Source of the DNA: an uncultured delta proteobacterium
GTDB taxonomy: Bacteria; Myxococcota_A; Polyangia; Polyangiales; JAFGIB01
Assembly (NCBI GenBank): GCA_963778655.1
Contig: CAVZVA010000010.1
Coordinates: 1,504,001 to 1,568,000, forward strand
Length of the DNA stretch: 64,000 nt
Direction: 5' to 3'
A program made the position numbers and the translations under genes. The notes under the pieces are model-generated. The model was not told the origin of the DNA. It was given only the letters and a program-made list of their open reading frames with translations, and searched no databases. How positions within the stretch are numbered: the first letter of the stretch is position 1; each line of letters opens with the position of its first letter. Shown here one piece after another: positions 31,234-41,479 of the stretch.

Positions 31234-31311
31234 CCGGCGAATTCGTGGCTCCCGACTGCGTCGCGTCCGGCGCGTGGAGCTCCGGCGCGCGGGCACACGG
31301 GAATCGGTCGA

Positions 31312-31698
31312 ATGAGTGCAATGCGGCGGCGTGACGCGGGTCAGATCGAAGCGACGGCCGAACACCGGCGCCGCGAGGACGCCGCCCCGCGCCTGCGCGA
31401 CGAAATCGAGCATCTCGAGAGCTTGCGTTTCCACTTCGAGGATCTGCGCCCGGAAGGCCAAACGCCGGCAATCGCCTACACCAGGCCGATCGTCGTCGCG
31501 ACCGCACCGGCGCACTTCGAGGTGCGCTGCATGGATGCGCGCTGCAACGGACGCCACGATCTGAGCCAACCCGTGCTCCACGCACTGCGCCAATCCAAAA
31601 CCTTCTTTGCAGGGCAAAGCCCCTGCGGCGGCATGATCGGCGACATGGCTTGCGATCACACGCTGGCGTACAAGTGCGAGGCGACCTACGCGGAATGA
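31312..31698 (+). CDS. Hypothetical protein with four Cys, possibly Zn-binding
   Basis: RRRE..APRL; F...C....C..GRHDL; C.G....C..TL.Y...A.Y. Confidence 0.7.
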   Translation: MSAMRRRDAGQIEATAEHRRREDAAPRLRDEIEHLESLRFHFEDLRPEGQTPAIAYTRPIVVATAPAHFEVRCMDARCNGRHDLSQPVLHALRQSKTFFAGQSPCGGMIGDMACDHTLAYKCEATYAE

Positions 31699-31784
31699 TG
31701 ACATGGCAAGGTTTGCGAGCCCCGAGTCGCGCGAGATTCCTTCCGGAGGCACACGCCGCCTTCGAACGCCGAGGTGATGGGAGA

Positions 31785-32111
31785 ATGGACACTACGAAGC
31801 TCGAGCGGGTCAACGAAGTGGTCGCAGGCACCCGCCCAGTTTCGGAAGGGTGCCGCGTGGGGGCCGATCAAGAGATCATCGACGCCGTCGTCAGCGAGGG
31901 CAATGCGCTGCTGCGCGAGCTGTTTCGGCGAGGCCTGAGCAGCGAGGCGGTACGCGCGCGTGCGGATCAGATCGGCTTGACCCGGGAATTCGTCAAACAG
32001 AGTCGGCTCTCGGGCTCTCGACCCGCGATGCGCGTCTGCGTCAACTGCGACGTGCTCTTTCTTTCGGCGGGCAAGCACAACCGGCTGTGCCGGCGCTGCG
32101 TTCGAAGCTGA
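31785..32111 (+). CDS. Small protein with C-terminal CxxC-x13-CxxC zinc finger
   Basis: RVCVNCDVLFLSAGKHNRLCRRC; GAGGTGA/GGAG upstream. Confidence 0.65.
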   Translation: MDTTKLERVNEVVAGTRPVSEGCRVGADQEIIDAVVSEGNALLRELFRRGLSSEAVRARADQIGLTREFVKQSRLSGSRPAMRVCVNCDVLFLSAGKHNRLCRRCVRS

Positions 32112-32116
32112 CGCGC

Positions 32117-33571
32117 TCAAAAGCCGAGATCGGTTGGCTTGTGTGTTGGCACCGGCTTGGGTGCCGCGTTCGCTGCAGTGGGCTTGGGGGCGACAGTTGG
32201 AGCTGCCTTCGTGGTGAGCGGGGCCGCGGCACGCTGGCGCGACCGTGCTGGCGGGCGGGCGCGCTCCGGCCGAGCTCGCGGCGCCGCGGGGCTCTTGGCG
32301 GCGGCGGCAGGCGCAGCCGCTTCCGGCCTTGCAGCGACCGGCGCCGGCGCCGTCGCTGCTCGCGCTGGGGTTGCAGGGGGTGCTGGCGCCGCCGCTGGTG
32401 CGTGGGTTGGGGTTGCCGCCGCTGCAGGCGCCTCGACCGGGCTCGGCGCGGGCGCCGGCTTGGCCGATGGGATGTGCTGCGGCCCCTCGACCGCCGCTTG
32501 TCCTGCCCCGGGACGCGAGCGATTCAGCAATAGCGCCGCGGCCGCGAGCAGCAGCACACACGCGATGGCGATCCCCAGGGGAAGCACGCGCGCGCCGCGG
32601 CCTTTGTCCCGCACGACCGACACGGGCACGGCCTCGGACGCTGCCGCCTCGTTCGCCTCGCCAGAGCCCGAGGTGCCGCGCCGCGGCGTGACCGCGGCAG
32701 CTTGCGCGCCGGGCGTCAGCACCACCCGCAGCGCATCGACCATCTCGCGCGCGGACTGGAAGCGCTCGTCGGGCGCGCGCCGGGTGGCGCGCGCGAACCA
32801 TTCGTCGAAGCCCGGCGGCACCTTGCCGTACTGGGAGGGCACGGGCACGGGCTTGGAGCAGATCTGCAACAGCAGCGCGCCCAGCGTATCGCTCTGAAAC
32901 GGCCGCAGCCCCGTCAGGCACTCGAACGCGATCACTGCCATCGCCCACAGATCCGAGCGGTGGTCGATGCTCTTGCTGCCCTCGACCTGCTCGGGGCTCA
33001 TGTAATAGGGCGTCCCGAGCATCGCGCCGGTGCGCGTGCCGGTGGTCACCTCGAACGCGTTGTTCGTCGCCTTGGCGATTCCGAAGTCGAGCACCTTGGC
33101 GATCTCTTCGTCGTCGTTGCGCACCAGGAACACGTTGTCGGGCTTGAGATCGCGGTGGACGATGCCGGCCTCGTGCGCGCGCGCCATGGCGCGCGCCACG
33201 TGCGTCATCACGCGCGCGGTTTCGGCCGGGCTCAGCCTGGCGGTGCGCAGCAGGCGTGCGGCCAGGCTCTCACCTTCCAGCAGCTCCATCGCGATGTAGG
33301 GCAAGCCCTCGTCGATACCGTGGTCGAGGATCTGCACCACGTGCGGGCTGCGCAGCGAAGCGGCCGCTTGCGCCTCGCGCAGGAAGCGCGCCATCGCGTC
33401 TTCCGATTTCGCGAGCGCTGGATCGATCAGCTTGATCGCGACCGGCGAGCGCAGCGTCAGATGCTGCGCTCGCCACACCGAGCCCATGCCGCCCTGACCG
33501 AGCTGGGCCTCGATCCGGTAGCGCCCGGCGATGATCTGCGGCGGCGCGGCCGTGCTCTTGCTGGCGATCAC
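32117..33571 (-). CDS. Transmembrane Hanks-type Ser/Thr kinase
   Basis: GQGGMG, VAIK, HRDLKPDN, DFG, GTPYYMSPE; TM helix; Pro/Ala tail ending DLGF. Confidence 0.95.
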   Translation of the reverse strand: MIASKSTAAPPQIIAGRYRIEAQLGQGGMGSVWRAQHLTLRSPVAIKLIDPALAKSEDAMARFLREAQAAASLRSPHVVQILDHGIDEGLPYIAMELLEGESLAARLLRTARLSPAETARVMTHVARAMARAHEAGIVHRDLKPDNVFLVRNDDEEIAKVLDFGIAKATNNAFEVTTGTRTGAMLGTPYYMSPEQVEGSKSIDHRSDLWAMAVIAFECLTGLRPFQSDTLGALLLQICSKPVPVPSQYGKVPPGFDEWFARATRRAPDERFQSAREMVDALRVVLTPGAQAAAVTPRRGTSGSGEANEAAASEAVPVSVVRDKGRGARVLPLGIAIACVLLLAAAALLLNRSRPGAGQAAVEGPQHIPSAKPAPAPSPVEAPAAAATPTHAPAAAPAPPATPARAATAPAPVAARPEAAAPAAAAKSPAAPRARPERARPPARSRQRAAAPLTTKAAPTVAPKPTAANAAPKPVPTHKPTDLGF

Positions 33572-33663
33572 GGATCACACGCTACCTGGACGTCCCGGCG
33601 CGCGGCAAGCACGCGCCCGCGGCCTTGTGCCATAACGGGAGCGCAGGTATCGTGCCAACGATC

Positions 33664-34668
33664 ATGGCCCGCCAGATGCGCGCGAGCACGGTTCCTGGCG
33701 CCGCGGTATGGATCGCGCTGCTGTTGCTCGGGCGCCCGGCGCTGGCTCAGGCGCCCGACGATTCGACGCTGGCGGCGGCCCGCCAACTCGGCCAGCAGGG
33801 CGTGGCGCTGTACGAGCAAGGTGACTACGCAGCTGCGTCCGACAAGCTGGAGCGCGCGTACGCCGTGGTGAAGGTGCCGACCCTCGGGCTGTGGTCAGGG
33901 CGTGCGCTCGAGAAGCTCGGCAGGCTGGTCGAGGCTGCGCAGCGCTATCGCGAGGTTACGCTGGTCGTGTTGCGGCCCGACGATCCCGAGGTGTTCCGCA
34001 GCGCACACACCGACGCACAGAAGGCGTATGACGCGCTCTCGTCGCGCATCCCGCAGCTCACTATAAAGCTGCAGGGCGCGAGCGCGGACGACGCCCGCGT
34101 CACCGTCGACGGCAAGCCGGTGCCCAGCGCGCTGCTGGGAGTGGCCGTGCCGGTCGACCCCGGCGAGCACGCGGTCGAGGGTCGCCGCGCAGCCGATCGC
34201 GCGAGTCAGCGGGTCACCTTGCAAGAAGGGGAGAAGCGCGCCGTCACGCTGGCGTTTACGGCCGTGGCTGTTACCACCCCGGTGGCGGCCAGCGCGGCCG
34301 AGACCGCGGCCGCGGCACCCGCGGCGGCCGCAGCCGTGAGTGTGGAGCCCTCGCCTCCGTCGGTGCTGCCCTGGGTGGTAGTCGGCGCCGGCAGCGGGCT
34401 GGTCGTGACCGGCGTGGTCTTCGTCGCGCTGGCCGCCAGCGCGGCCTCGAAGGTGGAGAACGTGCGCGACGGCACCCCGTGGTCGGCGGTGCAGCACGAC
34501 TACGACCGCGTGCCGGTGTTTTCGGGCGTCGGTCTCGGGCTGCTCGGTGCCGGGGCCGCGGCCGTCACGACCGGGCTGGTGTGGGGGCTCTCGGGTAAGG
34601 ATCACAGCGAGCACGCGCTCTCCGTGAGCGCGGGCCTCGCACGCGTTTCGCTCAGGGGCGCCTTCTGA
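33664..34668 (+). CDS. TPR + PEGA domain exported protein
   Basis: Signal peptide; ARQLGQQGVALYEQGDY..A; VTVDG...VDPGEH; hydrophobic hairpin; C-terminal LRGAF. Confidence 0.8.
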   Translation: MARQMRASTVPGAAVWIALLLLGRPALAQAPDDSTLAAARQLGQQGVALYEQGDYAAASDKLERAYAVVKVPTLGLWSGRALEKLGRLVEAAQRYREVTLVVLRPDDPEVFRSAHTDAQKAYDALSSRIPQLTIKLQGASADDARVTVDGKPVPSALLGVAVPVDPGEHAVEGRRAADRASQRVTLQEGEKRAVTLAFTAVAVTTPVAASAAETAAAAPAAAAAVSVEPSPPSVLPWVVVGAGSGLVVTGVVFVALAASAASKVENVRDGTPWSAVQHDYDRVPVFSGVGLGLLGAGAAAVTTGLVWGLSGKDHSEHALSVSAGLARVSLRGAF

Positions 34669-36500
34669 TGCGGATCGCTGCCGCGTTCGCCCTGCTGTTG
34701 CTCGCGTTCGGCTGCAAGGCCAGCATTCCCGAGGGTAAGCTCGGCTGTTCGAAGGACAGCGAGTGTCCGAGCCACTGGTTGTGTCTGAGCAAGCGCTGCT
34801 ACTCCTCGCAAGCGGCATTCACGTCGCGTGACGCGGGCGGCGGGTCGGGGGGCCAAGACGCGGGTGCGATCGATGGCGGCGGCTCGGGCAGCGGCGGCTC
34901 GGGCGGCGCGTCCGACTCGGGCGCGGGTGAAGCCGGCGTGACCATGGACGGAGGGGGCGAGGCTGGGGTTTCGGCGATGGACGCGGGCGGCGGTGAGGCC
35001 GGCTCGGACGCCGGCACGCCGGCCGACGGCGGAACCGACGCGGCGCCGCCCGCGTGCACGCCGACTGGAAGCAGCGACGAGGCGGACGACTCGGCGACCG
35101 ACGCCAACTGCGATGGCGCAGACGGCGAGGTCGGGCCGGGTACGCGCTTCGTCTACGTGACGCCGAGCGGCGCAGGCGCGCACGACGGCACCTCGCCCGC
35201 GGACGCGGCCGACCTGGTCGAGGGCTTCGCGCTCGCGGGGACCACGCGTCACGAGATCCTGCTCGCGTCGGGCGACTACACCATCAGCGCGCCGCTCGCG
35301 GTGGCGGACGGCGCGCACGTCTTCGGCGGCTACGCCGAGGACTTCCTGTCGCGGTCGGGCAGCTCGCACGTGCTCTCCACCGCGCCCAACGCGCTCGTCA
35401 TCGACCAGGTCACCGCGGCCACCATCGACTCGGTGAGCTTCGAGACGCAGGACCAATCGGCCGCCGGCGCGTACACGCACACCATCGACGTCACCATGTC
35501 GAGCGGCGTCACGCTGCGGCGCCTGAGCGTGACCGCGGGCGCCGGCGGCGACGGAGCGGCGGGTAGCTCGGGCGCGCCCGGCTCCACCGGCGTGACCGGC
35601 TCGACCGGCGGCTCGACCACCAACTCGTCCGGGGGTCAGGGCTCCACCTCCGGACCGGGGGGCCATGGCGGGAACGGCGGCAGCTTCTACGGTGGTGGCT
35701 CCGGGATGGGCGCCGACGGTCAGGACGGCAGCTCGGCGGGCAGCGGCTGCGGTGGCCACGGCACCGGTGCGGTTCCGTTCAACGATGCGTGCTTGGCGTT
35801 GAACATCCTGTATGCAGCGGATGCTGGCGGTCCGGGCCCGCAGGGATGCGCGGGCGGACGGGGCTCCCAGGGGGCCGGCGGCTCGGGCATCGGATCGGTG
35901 AGCGGTGCGAGCTGGAGTGGAAGCGCCGCGGCTGACGGTGGCACAGGCTCGGCCGGCTACACCGGTGGTGGTGGCGGCGGCGGCGGCGCCGCGGTCTGCA
36001 GCTCGCCGGCCGGCGGCGGCGGCGGCGGCGCCGGCGGCGGTGGCGGCGGTGGCGGCGCTGGTGGCCAGGCCGGCGCGCCAGGAGCGGCGTCGATCGCGAT
36101 CCTCGCGACGAATTCTTCGCTCGACCTCGACAACGTGGAGATCGTCACCGGTGACGGCGGCCGGGGCGGCACCGGTGGTAGCGGTGGGGCGGGCGGTAGC
36201 GGCGGTGTGGGTGGCCCCGGCGGCAGCGGTGCCACGATCAACGGCAGCGGCAGCAACGCGCCCAGCGTGCGTGGCGGACAGGGCGGACAGGGCGGGCAAG
36301 GCGGCAACGGCGGCGACGGTGGCTGCGGCGGCGGTGGCGCGGGCGGGCCCTCGATCGGCGTGTTCGGCAGCACGCTCACGTTGAACGAGACCGACACCAG
36401 CTACACGCTCGGCTCGGGCGGCGCCGGCGGCTCGGCCTGCGCGGCCGGCGGCGGTCACCCGGGAGCAGTCGGCACTGCGACCAATCAGGCCGGCTTCTGA
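34668..36500 (+). CDS. Gly-rich (PGRS-like) surface lipoprotein with probable beta-helix domain
   Basis: LAFGC; DANCDG; VYVTPSG; GDY; VFGGY; long GGxGG runs. Confidence 0.78.
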   Translation: MRIAAAFALLLLAFGCKASIPEGKLGCSKDSECPSHWLCLSKRCYSSQAAFTSRDAGGGSGGQDAGAIDGGGSGSGGSGGASDSGAGEAGVTMDGGGEAGVSAMDAGGGEAGSDAGTPADGGTDAAPPACTPTGSSDEADDSATDANCDGADGEVGPGTRFVYVTPSGAGAHDGTSPADAADLVEGFALAGTTRHEILLASGDYTISAPLAVADGAHVFGGYAEDFLSRSGSSHVLSTAPNALVIDQVTAATIDSVSFETQDQSAAGAYTHTIDVTMSSGVTLRRLSVTAGAGGDGAAGSSGAPGSTGVTGSTGGSTTNSSGGQGSTSGPGGHGGNGGSFYGGGSGMGADGQDGSSAGSGCGGHGTGAVPFNDACLALNILYAADAGGPGPQGCAGGRGSQGAGGSGIGSVSGASWSGSAAADGGTGSAGYTGGGGGGGGAAVCSSPAGGGGGGAGGGGGGGGAGGQAGAPGAASIAILATNSSLDLDNVEIVTGDGGRGGTGGSGGAGGSGGVGGPGGSGATINGSGSNAPSVRGGQGGQGGQGGNGGDGGCGGGGAGGPSIGVFGSTLTLNETDTSYTLGSGGAGGSACAAGGGHPGAVGTATNQAGF

Positions 36501-36584
36501 AGCGACTCCGACCCGGCCCCGCTGGTCGTCGCGACCCAAGGCGATGGCCCTGAAGAAGACGAGCGTTGGACGGGCGGCGACAGC

Positions 36585-37250
36585 TCAGCCGTTCGCGGCG
36601 GCGCGCACGATCTCGGGTAGCTGCTGGGGCCGGCGCGCCTCGCGGTCGGGTTGCAGCTTGGGCGCGGCCAGGTAGCCCCAGGCGCACCAGACCGCGGTGG
36701 CGCCGAAGGCGTGCGCGAGCTCGATGTCGCCGTCGGTGTCGCCGATCATGAAGGCGCGGCCACGTGCCTGATCGAAGCCGCAGCGCTCGGCGGCGGTGCG
36801 CAGCATGATCGGGTCGGGCTTGGCTTTGGGGCAGCTGTCGCCGCCGACCACGGCGGCAAAGTGCTCGGCCACGCCCAGCACCTGCAGCAGCCGCCGCGAG
36901 ATGCGCTCGGGCTTGTTGGTGATGCAACACAGCTGCCCGAGCCGCGCGAGCTGCGGCAGCGCCTCGGCGATGCCGTCGTAGAGCCGCGTCTGCACCGCCA
37001 CGTTTTCGAGATAGTCGGCCTCGTAGGCCTGTCGCACCTGCTCGAGGCGCGCGGCTGCGCCGTCCTGCACGAGGTAGTCGTCGAAGCACGCGCGGTACAG
37101 CCGCTGCATGCCGGCGTTGACCCAGGGCCGCAGCTGCGCATCCTCGCGCACCGGCAAGCCGAGCCGCGCCCGCACCCGGCGCGCCGCCGCCGTCATGTCG
37201 TCGCGACTGTCCTCGAGCGTGCCGTCGAGGTCGATGCCGATCAGGTGCAT
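36585..37250 (-). CDS. HAD-family phosphatase (phosphoglycolate phosphatase-like)
   Basis: DLDGTLEDS, ITNKP, KPDP, IGDTDGD, WGY. Confidence 0.9.
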   Translation of the reverse strand: MHLIGIDLDGTLEDSRDDMTAAARRVRARLGLPVREDAQLRPWVNAGMQRLYRACFDDYLVQDGAAARLEQVRQAYEADYLENVAVQTRLYDGIAEALPQLARLGQLCCITNKPERISRRLLQVLGVAEHFAAVVGGDSCPKAKPDPIMLRTAAERCGFDQARGRAFMIGDTDGDIELAHAFGATAVWCAWGYLAAPKLQPDREARRPQQLPEIVRAAANG

Positions 37251-37260
37251 GCGGCGCGTT

Positions 37261-37683
37261 TCAGCTTGAAGGCGAGCCGCCCGCCTGCCGCGCCAGATCT
37301 TCCACGCTGCCGCTGCCGTCGCCGTGCTCGGTGACCTTGCGCTCGCCGCTGAGCGAGCCCTTGTAGGCCGAGAACGGCTGGCCGTTGTGCGTGATCACCT
37401 CGTGCGCCACGCCGCCGGGGATGAGCAGGATGTCGCCCGCCTCGATCGTGACCGGGTACTCGTCGAAGTGAAACGTGATCACGCCCGCGACCGCGCCGCG
37501 GATCTCCGGCTCGTCGTGCGCGTGCCGGCTGCGCTCGAACCACGCCGGCACGGTCTGCAGGTCGTAGACCTTGTAGCCGTAGCCCGCCATCACCTCGGCC
37601 ACGCTCTGCTCCGTCGGCGCCTCTTTGCGCGGCCACTTCACCAGCTTCACGCCATTGGGATAGGTCGAAATACGCGCGTCCAT
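37261..37683 (-). CDS. Cupin domain protein
   Basis: HAHDEPE; AGDILLIPGGVAH. Confidence 0.85.
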   Translation of the reverse strand: MDARISTYPNGVKLVKWPRKEAPTEQSVAEVMAGYGYKVYDLQTVPAWFERSRHAHDEPEIRGAVAGVITFHFDEYPVTIEAGDILLIPGGVAHEVITHNGQPFSAYKGSLSGERKVTEHGDGSGSVEDLARQAGGSPSS

Positions 37684-37891
37684 CCTGGCCCTCGTGCTCC
37701 GGCGCCAGCATGGCGGAGGCGGCCGGCGAAGGCAAGACAGGCCGCGGTGAGCCGGCGGTGCGAGTCGGGCGCGTGCGCCAACACCGGCCGCCGATTTGTG
37801 CCGGCTGTGGCGTTACGTCTCACCCTTCGAGATCGGGGGTTCAGCGGTTGGCGTGCGCGGGTCTGCGGGGTCACACTGAGGTGAGGTCAGC

Positions 37892-38206
37892 ATGAACGAC
37901 TCGCGCGAAGGCAAGCATCGCGCCGGTCGGGGGGGACCCGGCGCAGGAGGCAGTGCAGCGCAGCCCGAAGCGGGCGGCGAGGTGACGTATGCGGTGATCG
38001 ACGAAGCGATCGTGCGGGTGGGCGACGATCTTTGGCACGTCGAAGTGTTGCGGATCGCCCACGAGCACCACTGGCGCATCGAGAAGAACGATGAGCTGCT
38101 CGCCGAGGCGATCGGGGCGCGACCCGAAGGCTGGCCTGCAGGCGAGCTGCCGACCGAGGTGCTGGTCGCGCTCAACCGCATCGCCAACGAGCTCAGCTGG
38201 TCCTGA
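37892..38206 (+). CDS. Hypothetical protein
   Basis: GAGGT RBS; GC3-biased codons; globular-looking C-terminal half. Confidence 0.6.
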   Translation: MNDSREGKHRAGRGGPGAGGSAAQPEAGGEVTYAVIDEAIVRVGDDLWHVEVLRIAHEHHWRIEKNDELLAEAIGARPEGWPAGELPTEVLVALNRIANELSWS

Positions 38207-38284
38207 ATGACCGATCACGATTTGGGAACGGCCATGCCGATCGGTCATTTGGCGGTGCGGCGGATGCCGCACCTCCGCGAGAGG
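38206..38284. repeat. Palindromic intergenic repeat, copy 3
   Basis: AATGACCGATC/GATCGGTCATT IR plus GGTGCGGC-GGAT-GCCGCACC hairpin. Confidence 0.9.
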
Positions 38285-38535
38285 GTGAATGCGCGTGATT
38301 CGATCCCGAATCGCGAGCTCTGATCTAGTGGTCGCGCGCCCGGCTCCGCATGCGGAACCCGCGCCGCTTCCGGCGCGGCACGCGGCCGGCGCCGGAGTCA
38401 GGCCGTGCTTCCGCAGCGGACGGGGCTATCTGCTATACTGTGCGCACGCCTTTCGTGCGCGCCGCACGCAGCTCTGGTAGATCGTGCTTTCGGCCTCCAG
38501 CGCGCACGGCGGCCAGCACTGGGTGGGTTGACCGC

Positions 38536-40251
38536 ATGGACGAGCATCCGCCGCAGCAACCCGATGAGGCCCTCGCGCCGGCGACCGAGCCGCCGAGCGA
38601 GCAACTCCACGCGACCCACCGCGTCACCAATCAGAGCCCGCAACTGGTCGGCTACAACACGTTCCAGACCAACCTGCCCCTGGTCGAGGCCGTGCAGCGG
38701 GAGCACGCCGCCTGGGCGCAGGCGCAGTTGCTCGCCTTCGGCGAGGCGATGGGCGGGGAGCAGGCAATGGAGTGGGCCGTGCAGGCCAACCGCTTCACGC
38801 CGATTCTGCGCACCCACGACGCGACCGGCGTGCGCGTCAATCGGGTCGAGTACCACCCGGCCTATCACAGCCTGATGGCGCTCTCGGTGCGCTACGGCCT
38901 GCACGCCATGCCCTGGCGCGAGCCGCGTGCCGGGGCGCACGTCGCGCGTGCGGGCTTGCTGCTGCTCGCGAGCGAGAACGAGTTCGGCCACTGCTGTCCG
39001 ATCTCGATGGCCTACGCGTGCGTGCCGAGCCTGCGCAAGCAGCCGGAGCTGGCTGCGCTGTGGGAGCCGCGCGTGGGCTCGCTCGAGTACGACCCGCGCT
39101 TCCTGCCTGCGGCGGAGAAACGCGGCGCTATGCTGGGGATGGCGATGACCGAGAAGCAGGGCGGCTCCGACGTGCGCGCCAACACCACCTTCGCCGTGCC
39201 CGCGGGCGCAACCGGACCGGGCCAGGCTTACCTGCTCACCGGCCACAAGTGGTTCTGCTCTGCGCCGATGTCCGACGCGTTCCTGGTGCTGGCGCAGGCA
39301 CCCGGCGGCCTGTCGTGCTTTCTGCTGCCGCGCTTCCGGCCCGACGGCACGCAGAACGTGTTCGCGCTGCAGCGGCTCAAGGACAAGCTCGGCAACCGCT
39401 CCAATGCTTCGAGCGAGGTCGAGCTCGACGGCAGCTACGCCCAGCTGGTGGGCGAGGAAGGCCGCGGGGTCTCGGTCATCATCGAGATGGTGAGCCATAC
39501 CCGGCTGGACTCCGCGCTGGGCGCCGCGGCGTTGATGCGGCGGGCCTTGGCGCACGCGATCCACCACGCGCGCCACCGCCGCGCGTTCGGCCGGCTGCTG
39601 GTCGAACAGCCGCTGATGCAGAATGTGCTCGCAGACCTGGCGCTCGAGTCCGAGGCGGCCACGGTGCTGATGCTGCGCGTCGCCCGCGCCTACGACGAGC
39701 CTGTCGAGCACGGCCAGGAAGCGGGCTTTCGGCGCCTCGCCACCCCGCTCGCCAAGTACTGGCTGTGTAAGCGCGCGCCGTTCGCCGTCTATGAGGCGCT
39801 GGAGTGCCTGGGCGGCAACGGCTACACCGAGGACTTCCCGCTGGCGCGGCTGTATCGCGAGGCGCCGATCAACTCGATCTGGGAGGGCTCGGGCAACGTG
39901 ATCTGTCTCGATGTGGTGCGCGCGATCGCGCGCGAGCCCGAGTCGCTCGACGCCTATTTCGCCGAAATCGAGCTCGCCGCGCACGCCGAGCCGCGGCTCG
40001 GCCGCGCGCTGCGGGCGCTGCGCGAGGAGCTCGGTGCGGGCACGCCCAGCCCGTTCACGGCCCGCCGCACCGCCGAGCGGTTGACCATCGCGCTGCAGGC
40101 GTCGCTGCTGCTGCGGCACGCGCCCGCTAGCGTCGCCGATGCCTTCTGCGCCACCCGTCTCGACGGCGATCGCGGGCACGCCTTTGGCACCTTGCCGCAG
40201 GGTGTGGACGCGCGCCGGATCGTCGACCGCGCCTTTGCCCCGTCGCGCTGA
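38536..40251 (+). CDS. aidB: AidB-family acyl-CoA dehydrogenase
   Basis: THRVTNQ, YHPAYH, CPISM, MTEKQGGSDV, GHKWFCSAP, RLKDKLGNRSNASSE, ECLGGNGY, IWEGSGN. Confidence 0.9.
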   Translation: MDEHPPQQPDEALAPATEPPSEQLHATHRVTNQSPQLVGYNTFQTNLPLVEAVQREHAAWAQAQLLAFGEAMGGEQAMEWAVQANRFTPILRTHDATGVRVNRVEYHPAYHSLMALSVRYGLHAMPWREPRAGAHVARAGLLLLASENEFGHCCPISMAYACVPSLRKQPELAALWEPRVGSLEYDPRFLPAAEKRGAMLGMAMTEKQGGSDVRANTTFAVPAGATGPGQAYLLTGHKWFCSAPMSDAFLVLAQAPGGLSCFLLPRFRPDGTQNVFALQRLKDKLGNRSNASSEVELDGSYAQLVGEEGRGVSVIIEMVSHTRLDSALGAAALMRRALAHAIHHARHRRAFGRLLVEQPLMQNVLADLALESEAATVLMLRVARAYDEPVEHGQEAGFRRLATPLAKYWLCKRAPFAVYEALECLGGNGYTEDFPLARLYREAPINSIWEGSGNVICLDVVRAIAREPESLDAYFAEIELAAHAEPRLGRALRALREELGAGTPSPFTARRTAERLTIALQASLLLRHAPASVADAFCATRLDGDRGHAFGTLPQGVDARRIVDRAFAPSR

Positions 40252-40379
40252 GCTCGCGCCCTGGGCAGGGGCTCGCGCACGCCGCTTCCCCAAAAAGGTT
40301 TGCCGAAACACTTGGGGGCGAGCGATCGAGCGCACGATTCTGTTTCAACCGGGCCAGGTCCCACCCGCACTGAACGGGC

Positions 40380-41336
40380 ATGGAACCGCAAAGCCACCGA
40401 GCAATTCATCCGCATCGCGGGTTGATCTGGGCCGCCGCCGTCGCGCTCTCCGCGTGCGGCGGAACGCACGCGGGATCGAGCGCCGGCCAAGCGGCGCTCA
40501 GCGCACAGTGCGCGGCACCGGCCGCGATACCGCCGGGCGCCTGGACCTGCCCAGAGCCGCGCACGCTCGAGTGCGGGCAGCTCGACAGCGCGGTGCTGTA
40601 CGTCGCGGACGGCACGCCGAGCTGTGCGGGCGGGTCGCTCACTCTTGCGAGCTCGGGCCCGCTCGACGTCGGGACGCACACGATCGCGGTACAGGACGCG
40701 GCGGGCAACGAGCTGTGCTCGGCGGAGCTGACCGTGGCCGACACCCAGGCGCCGGTGCTGACCTCGCACAGCGTCCAGCTGTGGCCGCCCAACCACAAGT
40801 TTCACGAGATCGCGGTTTCCGACTGCGTGAGCGCGCTCGACGCCTGCGACGGCGCGCTGCAGGGCGAGTTCATCTGGGCCAGCAGTGACGAGCCGATCGA
40901 CGACATCGGCGACGGCCACTTCGAACCCGACATCGGGCTCGGCCGCGACGCCCAGCACGCCTGCGTGCGCGCCGAGCGCCAGGGGCCCAAGGACGGCCGC
41001 GTCTACAAGCTCGGCGTGCGCGTCACCGATGCGGCCGGCAACAGCGCCGAAGGCGAGTGCACGGTGATCGTCGACCACGACCAGCGCGGCGTCACCGGCA
41101 AGGACAGTGGCGACGCTTATCGCATCGCGCTCGATCCGAGCCAGGCCGGCAGTGACTGCGGCGGTGGCGGCGGTGCCGGGCAGGGCGGCGCGGGCGGTAG
41201 CGGCGGCACGGGTGTTGGTGACACCGGCGGTACGGGCGGCGGCGGCGGTACGGGCGGCGGCGGCGGCACGGGCGGCGGCGGCGGCACGGGCGGCAATGGC
41301 GGCCACGTGCTGCTCGATGCCGGGGCGCCGTTCTGA
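40380..41336 (+). CDS. Lipoprotein with HYR/Ig-like domains (LWPPNHK type) and Gly-rich tail
   Basis: LSAC; DTQAP; LWPPNHK; SSDEP; RAER.G..DGRVY; DAAGN. Confidence 0.8.
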   Translation: MEPQSHRAIHPHRGLIWAAAVALSACGGTHAGSSAGQAALSAQCAAPAAIPPGAWTCPEPRTLECGQLDSAVLYVADGTPSCAGGSLTLASSGPLDVGTHTIAVQDAAGNELCSAELTVADTQAPVLTSHSVQLWPPNHKFHEIAVSDCVSALDACDGALQGEFIWASSDEPIDDIGDGHFEPDIGLGRDAQHACVRAERQGPKDGRVYKLGVRVTDAAGNSAEGECTVIVDHDQRGVTGKDSGDAYRIALDPSQAGSDCGGGGGAGQGGAGGSGGTGVGDTGGTGGGGGTGGGGGTGGGGGTGGNGGHVLLDAGAPF

Positions 41337-41367
41337 CTCGGGTCTAACCCGGCCCGATCATCCGCCG

Positions 41368-41398
41368 CAAAGGGCGAAACCCCCAAAGGGCGAAACCC
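41368..41398. repeat. Tandem duplicate AAAGGGCGAAACCC between convergent genes
   Basis: Two adjacent copies of the 14-mer. Confidence 0.6.
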
Positions 41399-41479
41399 GG
41401 GTCCGAGCGAACGCTGAGCCGGAAACGCCGCGAATGAAGCCGTCCTCGCTGCGCACGCAGGACCCCGCACGGCCTGCGG

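Noticed and set aside
41337..41460. Possible c-di-GMP-I riboswitch (GGGCGAAACC)
   Set aside because: Lies between convergent 3' ends and lacks the rest of the consensus.
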